Positions 45,765 through 54,874 of a stretch of DNA of 64,000 bases are shown here, in pieces; the first letter of the stretch is position 1; each line of letters starts with the position of its first letter. The translations under genes were made by a program, and so were the position numbers. The DNA comes from Histomonas meleagridis 2922-C6/04-290x (lineage: Eukaryota; Protista; Parabasalia). The notes under the pieces are model-generated. The model saw only the letters and a program-made list of their open reading frames with translations, did no database searches and had not been told where the DNA came from. Location of the stretch: the NCBI GenBank assembly GCA_020184695.1, contig JAANOX010000270.1, positions 89,659 through 153,658 of the forward strand. Direction: 5' to 3'.

Positions 45765-48617
45765 TTATGAACGTGTACTTAAATATAGTTTGAAAGGATT
45801 TTCGTTTTTTCCACCTTTCTCCTTAATTAGATAAGCTAATCCAGGCAAATCAAAAGAAGTTGCATACATATAAGCTGTTTTAAAAAATTCGAATGATCAC
45901 CAAATATTATAATTAGGTATGGAATAGGTAATTAAAAAATTAAATTAACTATAAGAATATCTTTTGCATTAAGATCAATACCTTTTTGATCAAGAAGTAA
46001 TTTGACTATTTGTATTTTACGATTTTTCATTGCTATTAAAAGTGCTGTTTCAAATGAATTTAATAATTTCCAAATATTATTTTGAAACATAAATTCAGTA
46101 AAACAAATTTTATATAAAGCAAATAAATATTTTTAGTATTGATACCAATCCCCTTTTGTTCAAGAAGGAGTTTAACAGTTTCTATTTCATCATACATAGA
46201 AGCATTAATAAGAGCTGTATTATAAAGTAAGAATAATTTCCAAAAATTTTAACGAGATTTCAAATTTTAAAAAATAATATCAAATAATGAAAATAAATAT
46301 CTTGAGCATTAATAACAATACCATTTTGTTCAAGAAGCAATTTAACAATTTCTTTATTACCATTTTCAGATGCAAAAATAAGTGCTGTTTTATATATTAT
46401 AAATAATTTCCAAATATTATTTTGAAATAATAAATTATTAAAATAAATATTCAATAAAACAAATAAATATCTTGAGCATTAATATCAATTCCTTCTTGTT
46501 CAAGAAGTAATTTAACTATTTCTGTGTAACCATTTTCAGATGCACAAATAATTGCTGTTTTAAATAATTAAAATAATTTCCAAATATTATTTTGAATTAT
46601 CAAATAATACTTTGAAGTTCTAAATTATTAAAATAAATATTCAATAAAACAAATAAATATCTTTAGCATTAATATCAATTCCTTCTTGTTTAAGAAGTAA
46701 TTTAACTATTTCTATATGACCATTTAAAGATGCCCAAACAAGTGCTGTTTTAAATAATTTAAATAATTTCCAAATATTATTTTGAAATACAAGTTTTAAA
46801 TAAAATAAATAAATATCTTTAGCATTAATATCAATTCCTTCTTGTTTAAGAAGTAATTTAACTATTTCTATATAACCATTTTCAGTTGCAAATATAAATG
46901 CTTTTTCAAATATATAAAATAATTTTCAAACATTCTTTTAAAATTTCATATAGTAGAATTTAACATGTTAAAAGCAAAATAAACTTTAATATCATCATTT
47001 ATTTTAATTTTTTCTTGTCCAAGAATTGACTTGACAATTTCTGTAGAACCATAATAAGATGCATATGTAAGAGCTGTAAAAAATATTTTTTTTAATTACC
47101 AAATATTATTTTAATATACCAAATTGTTAAAACAAATATTGATTATAAAAAATTAATATTTTTAGCATGAATGTCAATTCCTTTTTGTTCAAGAAGTTGT
47201 TTAACTATTTCTGTATAGCCTTTTGAAGATGCTAAAATAAGTGCTGTATTAAATAATTTAAATAATCTCCAAATATTATTTTGATATATTAAATTATTAA
47301 AATAAATTTCAAATAAAACAAATAAATATCTTTAGCATTAATATCAATTCCTTCTTGTTCAAGAAGTAATTTAACTATATCTACATAACCATTCCGAGAA
47401 GCTATTACTAATGCTGTTTGAAAAAAATTAAAAAAATTTCAATAATTGTTTTGAAATATTATTTTATTAAAGCAAATATTATCCTTAAAATTGAAATCAA
47501 TTCCATCTTGTGTAATAATATATTTAATAAGTTCAATATTTCCTGACATTAATGATTGAATTAAGATATCTTTTGGTATTTGATAATTTTGAATAAAATA
47601 TTTAACAAGATACAGATTTCCAAATTTTGCAGATTCATCAATTATATATTCAATGTTATTAATTAAATCTTTTTCCAAAAAGAAAAGTATGATGTAATTT
47701 CCACAATGAATACATTTACTTCCTAAATTATTTATATTTTCAAATTTTTCAAATTTATTTTCATAAAGATATTTAAAGATATCATTTCGATGGAATTCAA
47801 TTGCTGTTTCATATGCATCTACAAATGATGAATGATTTTGTTCACATAAATGAATAATTTCTTCATTTCCACCTGCAACTGCATATTTACCTGTGTTTTC
47901 TACTTTTGCGCCATTCATAAGTAAATATTTAAAACATTTAACAGATCCAAAAAATGCTGTGAAATCAATTAATGTAACATTTTCTTTGTTAATAAATGAA
48001 TATCTTTCATAAAGTGATGGTTGAATTGTTTGATTAAAATCAAAATTTGTTTGTGATGATATTTCTTGAAGTTTTTCTATTTCATCATTTCGAATTATTT
48101 TTAAAATTTCATTCGGATTAATTCCTTCTTTAATTAATTGCTTGTGAAGTTCCCAATCATTCTTTGAAAGTTCTTCATAATTTTTGATTAAATAATTGTT
48201 AAATGGATCAATAATATTAACTTTATTTTGTTTTTCTGTTTTATAATGAGCAAAAAATTTTGTTCTAATTTGGTTTACAATATTTATATCAATTAAATTT
48301 CGCTGAACCATTTTTTCAATTAAATAATATGCTTCTTGTGATTTAATTTTCGAAATAAAATCACCAAAAAATTTAATAATTTCTTGATCTTTTGTTTGAA
48401 TTGTTTCCAAAAATTTTATATAAATGTCAGTTGAATTCTTTTGCGAACAAAATGCATAATATAACAAGTTAGTTAAAACAAAATTAAATGAATATGGAAA
48501 ATTTGGCTGATGCATATCAAATATTTCCCCAATTGATTTATCAAAATTTTTTTCATCCAAATTAGTTATGACTTGCTCAAGTATGATAAGTGTTTCCTTT
48601 TCATTTGGTTGGGACAT
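45765..48617 (-). CDS. DUF3447-type ankyrin-repeat gene E, with ten spacers between 45879 and 47480
   Basis: 5' ORF 47439..48617, then nine open ankyrin modules and a terminal cap TAYMYATSFDLPGLAYLIKEKGG...STRS* (stop 45765-45767). Confidence 0.7.
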
Positions 48618-48902
48618 GAAGATTGGAGCTGGATTACAAGGAACAGATTGAATTTACTCATCACAGCGGTTTTTTTGTCAGTACAAAACGATCAATTTCA
48701 ACGCAAAACTCAAACCGTTGATATCAAAAAGACGATTGAATATAACTATATACATTTACAATGTAAACATTACATAATAATAATAATAAAAGTCACATTT
48801 ATTAATATATTTTTTGCCTTTTATTTGCGAGAAGATTATTCATAAACAAAAAATCTAGTTATTATTTACTTATAAAATTTGTTTATTAAAATAAATTGTT
48901 TT

Positions 48903-50225
48903 TCATTCTTCAAAGCATTTGAATCTTTCAACTAACGTTGCTATTTCTTCATCTTCTGTTTCAATTTCGAGTACATCATCAATAAATTCTGCTATATCAT
49001 CCCTATCGCATGATTCGATTGCTTTTAATTGATGGATTATATCGAATGATAACTTTAAAACATTTTTTCTAGTGTAATCATCCATTTCTAAAGGATCTTT
49101 AAAGAATACAAAAAGATTTTCATTAACTAATTCCAATAATATTTCTAATGGAACATTTCTAATAAAATATTTCAAAAAATCGCAAATTATTCTTTTAACT
49201 TTAAATGTTGAATTTTGAAACATTTCCATTAATTTATAATGTAATTTGCTATTTATAATATTTTCTATGAACTGTGGATCCTTATATTTTAAGATATCAG
49301 TATAAGCAGTGATTGCATTAACAAGTATATTTTCATTTTGACATGTAAATATAATATATTGAATAGATTCATAATTTATAGTCTCAATAAAATATCCAAT
49401 GTTAATTAATTTCCCAATTATAATTAACGATGGATTACAATATTTTTCTTTTAAAGAATCAAGTCCAAATTGAAGAAAGTTAAACACATTTTTAAAATCA
49501 TAAAAATGGATATCAAAATCTTCTTCAAAAATAATTTGTTTTAGTGACCAAAAATTATATTTAAATGTACATAAAACTCGTAACTCAAAACATTTACTAA
49601 AATATGTGATACATTCTTGTGTAATACCATTCGGCAATGAATAATTGGTGAGCTCATAAATAAGATGGCTAAGTGATTTGGTTACTAGTGAAGAAGTAAA
49701 AAATTCTTCAATAATTAAATCAGATAAGGAAATTTGATCAAATATATAATCAAGTGAAGGTGGAAAATTTGATAAATATAAACGAATGCATTCATAGAAG
49801 CAAACTATGTGGATTGGAGGTGAGTGATGTAAACGTTGAAAAACGAAAATTAGTAAATTTGTTTCACTAAAAATACGACATAGTTCTGTTGAAAATGAAA
49901 GAAATTCATTGATGCATTTCATAAGATTTGGTATAATTGGTTCGTTTGGTTCGTCAAATGTATAAGAAATTAAAACATTATGAAAATTGATTTCAAAGAA
50001 AAATTTCGTTAATGTAAGTGATTCTTGTTCAGAAAGTAGCTGCGTTAGCTTTGTAACTTCGTTTACAACTTCATTTTGATTTGACTGAACTATATTTGAA
50101 TTAATTGTTTCAAGGAATTGATTAAAGACCGAACAAAAGTCATCATGTTCGGAATCTGTGTCTGTGAGTGCAGACTTTCTCCTTTTTTTTGGGAAAACTG
50201 CTTGGCTTTTGTAATTTGATTTCAG
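48903..50225 (-). CDS. ARM/HEAT-like hypothetical protein; frame open 101 codons upstream of the first ATG (49922) to a CTG at 50225
   Basis: Manual translation KSNYKSQAVFPKKRRKSALTDTDSEHDDF...PNLMKC has no stop; bounded upstream by TAA immediately before the CTG. Confidence 0.6.
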   Translation of the reverse strand: MKSNYKSQAVFPKKRRKSALTDTDSEHDDFCSVFNQFLETINSNIVQSNQNEVVNEVTKLTQLLSEQESLTLTKFFFEINFHNVLISYTFDEPNEPIIPNLMKCINEFLSFSTELCRIFSETNLLIFVFQRLHHSPPIHIVCFYECIRLYLSNFPPSLDYIFDQISLSDLIIEEFFTSSLVTKSLSHLIYELTNYSLPNGITQECITYFSKCFELRVLCTFKYNFWSLKQIIFEEDFDIHFYDFKNVFNFLQFGLDSLKEKYCNPSLIIIGKLINIGYFIETINYESIQYIIFTCQNENILVNAITAYTDILKYKDPQFIENIINSKLHYKLMEMFQNSTFKVKRIICDFLKYFIRNVPLEILLELVNENLFVFFKDPLEMDDYTRKNVLKLSFDIIHQLKAIESCDRDDIAEFIDDVLEIETEDEEIATLVERFKCFEE

Positions 50226-50340
50226 TTATGTATAAATTTCACATCAAATGTCACTCTTTAGTTCCTTGACACTAAAACTTTTTTGTATTCTATAGAAAAT
50301 AGACAAAAAGAAAACCCATAATTCGAAAATAATTGACAAT

Positions 50341-53300
50341 TTATTTATTAGTTGAGGTGTTACGTCCACTATTAGGAACTTCATTATAAGAAGCAAGCTG
50401 TTCTTCAAGATGCAAAATTTTCTTTTTATTTTCATTAATTTGTCTTTGAGCCTCAGCAGCAGGAATCAATGAAGTATTTGTATTTGATCCTTTCTTCGTT
50501 AAAGCTGCATTTTGCATTTCTCTTTTATTAATTGCTCTATATCTTTGTAGTTCTTCAATTAAAGCTGCATTTTGCATTAATAATTTTGTTTGTTCTTTTG
50601 CTTGGAATTGCTCATCTCTTGCATGTTGTTGCTTTAATTCTTTTAACTGTCTTTGTAAAGTAGCTTTTTGCCTTTTATGTTCTTCTTCAACAAATTTATC
50701 TAATTTAATATCATTAATTTTTTGGTTTTTTACGTATTTTGCACAAAATGTCTCGAAAAGTGATTTCAATTCATCTTTAACATGAAACTTTTGAACAACT
50801 TCATGTAGATCATGTTTTGCTTGTTCAAAATATGAAGTTGCTGATGTTAATTTTCGTGTTTGCTTTCTTTCTTCTTCAATTACACTTTGTAATTTTTTAT
50901 GCATTTCAGCAATTGTTTCATTTTGTTCTGTTGCTTTTTTATGTGCATTTTCGAGTTGCCCATCTTTCATTGAAATTTTTGAAACTTTTTTCGAAATTGT
51001 TTCATTTAATGGGCCAATTTGTTGTTTAAGCATAGCTTCTTGATGAGATAAAACTTGATGATATTTTTCTAATTCTTGATTTTCTATTTTAACTGAACCA
51101 ATTTTAAGTTCTCTGTCACGAATTGTTGCTTCTTTTTGAGCAATTTCTTCTTTCAGTCGATCAATTTCTTTTTTAAGTTCAGATAATTGAAAATGAAGTT
51201 TTTCTTTTTGCTCTGAAAGTTTATTTCTTTCTATTTGTTGTGATTCATAAAGTTTTTGAAATGTTGTGCATTCTTTTGATTTATTTACATGTTCATCTTG
51301 TAGTTTTGTTCTAGCTTTTTCTTCTTCAATCATTATTTCATGTAACTGTTTTTCTGTTGCTTCAATTGCGGCTTCTTTTTCAGAAAGAATTTCTTGTTTC
51401 ATTTCTTCTATTTGAAGAATTTTCTTTTTCTTTTTTTCTTGATATTCTTTAAGTTCGTTATTTGCTATTTGTAATCTTCGAATATGATCATTTTTAAGTT
51501 GTTCAAGAATTTGTAAATGCTTAGTTTGAGCATTTTGTATATTTTGCTTCCATTCATTTTCCATATTTTCTTTATCTTTTTGAAGTTGTTCACAAATATT
51601 ATGTGAAGCAATAATATATTTACGATGTTCTTCATCTTGTGCTGTAATTTTATCTTCCCATTCTTTGGTTAATTGTTTTTCTTTTTCATTGTTACTCATT
51701 TCAACTTCATCTTTTTCTTTTTTCTTATTTTCATAAGCAATTCTATTTTTATCTTTATTTTTCTTTGCTTCTTCTGCTTTTTTATCATCCTTTGATTTAT
51801 AGGTATTTTCGATCATATTTTTCCTCATTTTAAAAGAAGAATTTAAATCATTTTTTTCAGCTTCAAATGATTTAAGTTGATTAACCCTTTCTTCAATTTC
51901 GGCACGTGTTGTTTGAATTTCATCACTAAAAAATGAACGTTCAGGATTATGAATACGATTATCTTTGTCTTTAATATTAAATATACAAAGCATTCCATCT
52001 TCACCAGTTGTAAATAATAATGAATCATCAAATGAAATTGCCATTGATGTAATAGCACCTATATGACAATTAATAAATGTTTTTTCTCCGCCTATTGGTA
52101 AGTTATATGAATAAACTTTACCATCTTTTGTTCCAGAAAATAACATTTGTCCATTATTCGACATTACAACTTGAGTATGAGGGATTTGAAATAATACTTC
52201 ACGAACAATTTGTCCATTTTGAATTTCTTTTAATTTCATATCAGTTCCACATATATAAACACTATTAAAATCAGGTGATGAAGTAATTGAAGTATATTGA
52301 ACTTGTGGAGTTGTACAATTTTCATCTCTATTAATATTATCTTGTCGATGTATATACATTGCACCATCATTTCCTACAGAAGCAATTACAGTATCACATT
52401 CACCCCATATTAAATTATGTACATTAGAACTATGTCTATGAAGTGTGTTAATAAGTTGAAAAGTTGTTGTTGAATAAATTTGAATTTTTGTTGCATTAAC
52501 AGCAGCAAACAAATGTCCACCATTAGAAAATTTAGCACAACGACATCCACGAATTGGAAATTCTCGAAAAGGTCGAATATCATCATAAAAAATAGAACAT
52601 AATCTTAACTTATCACCAAATCCTATCAATATTGTAAATCCATCAGGATGAAGTGATACACAATAAACTGTTTCAGTAAATTCTTTAACTATTTCAAGTG
52701 AATTATCAAGATAATTCCAAATTCTGACTGTTTTATCAGTTCCACAAGTTGCAACCAAAGGTTTTCTGCAACATGTTGAACAACTTAAAATTGCTCCATC
52801 ATGAAAATTCATTAGTAAAGGTTTTTCTTCATAATTTAATAAAAATTCACCACTTGAAAGTGAAACAGCTATAAGTTTATTTTTATCCATGGTGACAATT
52901 GCTGTTTCTTCAGTTGGATCAATCGCAATTGAATGAGCTGAAATTGGTAATTCAGTAAATAATGGAATAGAACGAATTGCAGTAAATAATTTTGGTTTTG
53001 AAGAAATATCAAAAATTGTTAAATAACCACTTTCAGTTGCTATTATAAATCCTTTTTTAAAGGGAACCATTGAAACAATTGCTGAATCACGTCGTTCGAA
53101 ATCTTTTTTAACATCTAAAACTGAAATTTGTGGATCAGAATTAACTGATATTATATCTCCATTAGAATTTGCACATAAAAGTAATGAATCATTTAACCAT
53201 AAATGACATGTGATAATATCTATATTTGGGTTTGAAATAATTACTTCTGAAAGTGAATTTTCTTCAAGTTTATATATTTTAAGGAAATGTTGACCTGTGA

Positions 53301-53811
53301 CTGCTATAAAAGGAATTTTTCCTTGTGAAAAAGTACATTGTGAAATTGGTGACTCAGAATTACCTGTTTTAATTGTTGTTATGATTTGATTGGAAATTAA
53401 ATCCCATATTACAAGATTATAACCAGGTTCTTTGCCTTGACCAAGTAAATATTTACCATCGCTACTAAAAGAAAGAGAAACAAAACCGGAGGAATTAAAA
53501 TCGTCTCCTAAGTGAAAAAAATTACGAGGGCGCATTGTATGAATATCAAAAATACAAACTGATGGTTGGATTGAACAATCACCAAAAGCAACATTGGGTT
53601 TTCCATCCATAACTGCAATTGCTGATACGCCTGATGAAAATTCTTCGGGTGGCAAAAAAATCTTTTGAGTTCGATTATTAATGTTATGAACTACTATTGT
53701 ATTTCCACTTGGAAAAACAGCATGTTCCTCACCAATAAAAAGAATGTTTGGATTTGGCATTTTACTAAGACCCAAAACATTTTTAAAAGCAAGGTTTCCT
53801 TCTACCATCAT
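50341..53811 (-). CDS. CFAP57: Cilia/flagella-associated protein 57 (WDR65): WD40 plus coiled coil
   Basis: FPSGNTIVV, RKPLVATCGTDKTVRIWNY, SLHPDGFTILIGFGDKLRL, followed by about 500 aa of coiled coil. Confidence 0.85.
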   Translation of the reverse strand: MMVEGNLAFKNVLGLSKMPNPNILFIGEEHAVFPSGNTIVVHNINNRTQKIFLPPEEFSSGVSAIAVMDGKPNVAFGDCSIQPSVCIFDIHTMRPRNFFHLGDDFNSSGFVSLSFSSDGKYLLGQGKEPGYNLVIWDLISNQIITTIKTGNSESPISQCTFSQGKIPFIAVTGQHFLKIYKLEENSLSEVIISNPNIDIITCHLWLNDSLLLCANSNGDIISVNSDPQISVLDVKKDFERRDSAIVSMVPFKKGFIIATESGYLTIFDISSKPKLFTAIRSIPLFTELPISAHSIAIDPTEETAIVTMDKNKLIAVSLSSGEFLLNYEEKPLLMNFHDGAILSCSTCCRKPLVATCGTDKTVRIWNYLDNSLEIVKEFTETVYCVSLHPDGFTILIGFGDKLRLCSIFYDDIRPFREFPIRGCRCAKFSNGGHLFAAVNATKIQIYSTTTFQLINTLHRHSSNVHNLIWGECDTVIASVGNDGAMYIHRQDNINRDENCTTPQVQYTSITSSPDFNSVYICGTDMKLKEIQNGQIVREVLFQIPHTQVVMSNNGQMLFSGTKDGKVYSYNLPIGGEKTFINCHIGAITSMAISFDDSLLFTTGEDGMLCIFNIKDKDNRIHNPERSFFSDEIQTTRAEIEERVNQLKSFEAEKNDLNSSFKMRKNMIENTYKSKDDKKAEEAKKNKDKNRIAYENKKKEKDEVEMSNNEKEKQLTKEWEDKITAQDEEHRKYIIASHNICEQLQKDKENMENEWKQNIQNAQTKHLQILEQLKNDHIRRLQIANNELKEYQEKKKKKILQIEEMKQEILSEKEAAIEATEKQLHEIMIEEEKARTKLQDEHVNKSKECTTFQKLYESQQIERNKLSEQKEKLHFQLSELKKEIDRLKEEIAQKEATIRDRELKIGSVKIENQELEKYHQVLSHQEAMLKQQIGPLNETISKKVSKISMKDGQLENAHKKATEQNETIAEMHKKLQSVIEEERKQTRKLTSATSYFEQAKHDLHEVVQKFHVKDELKSLFETFCAKYVKNQKINDIKLDKFVEEEHKRQKATLQRQLKELKQQHARDEQFQAKEQTKLLMQNAALIEELQRYRAINKREMQNAALTKKGSNTNTSLIPAAEAQRQINENKKKILHLEEQLASYNEVPNSGRNTSTNK

Positions 53812-53965
53812 CTGAAAAAACGTATTAAAAAAACGTTTAATTTTAAGTAAAAAGAAAAACTGAATTAATGATAGAAATTATGTGATTTTTAAACGAAAAA
53901 AGTTATTATTTATAGGCTATACATAATTTTTTTTCTCCAACAAGGAGCAAAAAATTAAATTTTTA

Positions 53966-54811
53966 TTAATGCTTAATTATTGAAATTTTTGGTGTAGTTT
54001 CGGAAGTAAAATCATTTTCAGTATCGCCATCAGAGCATCCGCTTTTCTCGTGAATGTCAAGTTGAGGGATTTCGCCAAACACTTCAATAGCTTCAAGGTT
54101 TAAATTTACGATTCCACGCATAAAAGCACGTTGAAGTCTTTGTTCCATTTCTATATGGTGCTTTTTGTTTTCAGCTAAGAGCTTTTTCACAGCAGTTAGC
54201 TCTGTTTGTAAAGCAGAAATTCTTTGTTCCATTTCTAATTCTTTTTGCATAATTTTATTTTTACAATTTGTGCGAATAAAAGTAATCAAATGTTTTTGCC
54301 TTACAACTTTGAATCGCCTTATCCATCTTTTGAACATTATCCTTTCTAGTGGATGCTGAAGATAAATACGATTAGAAACGTTTGTAATGAAATCTTTTCC
54401 ATTGGCCAAATCAGCCCATGCTTTAAAAATGCATGATTTTTTATTTGCAATTTTATCTTGTGTTTGTAAAAAGGAAATATGTTGAACAAATTTAGTAATG
54501 CATTTATCGGTTTTTTGAATTTCCATGTCTAACTGTTCACACCTACTTTGTTCTGTATTGTTCTTTAGTTCTTGATCATCAATTTCTTTTTCAAGTTTTG
54601 ATGAAATTGGAAAATATTGTTGGCGTAAATCTTGAATTAATTTCGTTTTCCTTTGTTGATACATTAATTGTAAATCATTTTCCATATTTTTTTGATGTAG
54701 ATCAACACATTTTATGAAAGGTAATGTTTCCGCTTGCAAAACTTTTGAAAACTCATGAGTTCTCTTTGAGAGAAAATGTATACATTTGAATTCAAAATCT
54801 ATCGTTATCAT
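53966..54811 (-). CDS. POC5: Centriolar protein POC5-like
   Basis: Coiled coil ending MEQRLQRAFMRGIVNLNLEAIEVF (POC5 signature AFMRGVxALNxEA); Sfi1-like FKAW/FKRW motifs. Start placed behind Inr 54820-54824. Confidence 0.72.
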   Translation of the reverse strand: MITIDFEFKCIHFLSKRTHEFSKVLQAETLPFIKCVDLHQKNMENDLQLMYQQRKTKLIQDLRQQYFPISSKLEKEIDDQELKNNTEQSRCEQLDMEIQKTDKCITKFVQHISFLQTQDKIANKKSCIFKAWADLANGKDFITNVSNRIYLQHPLERIMFKRWIRRFKVVRQKHLITFIRTNCKNKIMQKELEMEQRISALQTELTAVKKLLAENKKHHIEMEQRLQRAFMRGIVNLNLEAIEVFGEIPQLDIHEKSGCSDGDTENDFTSETTPKISIIKH

Positions 54812-54874
54812 AAACAAAAAATGATCGTCCCAAGCAAACCACATGTCACTTTTGGGAGTTGGCTATGAATTAAA

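Noticed and set aside
47439-47441. Alternative genetic code (TGA=Trp or TAR=Gln) suggested by stops at Trp/Gln-like positions
   Set aside because: Conserved genes use TGG for Trp and end at TAA, TAG or TGA at the expected places; in-frame stops occur only in spacers and in regions that also have frameshifts.
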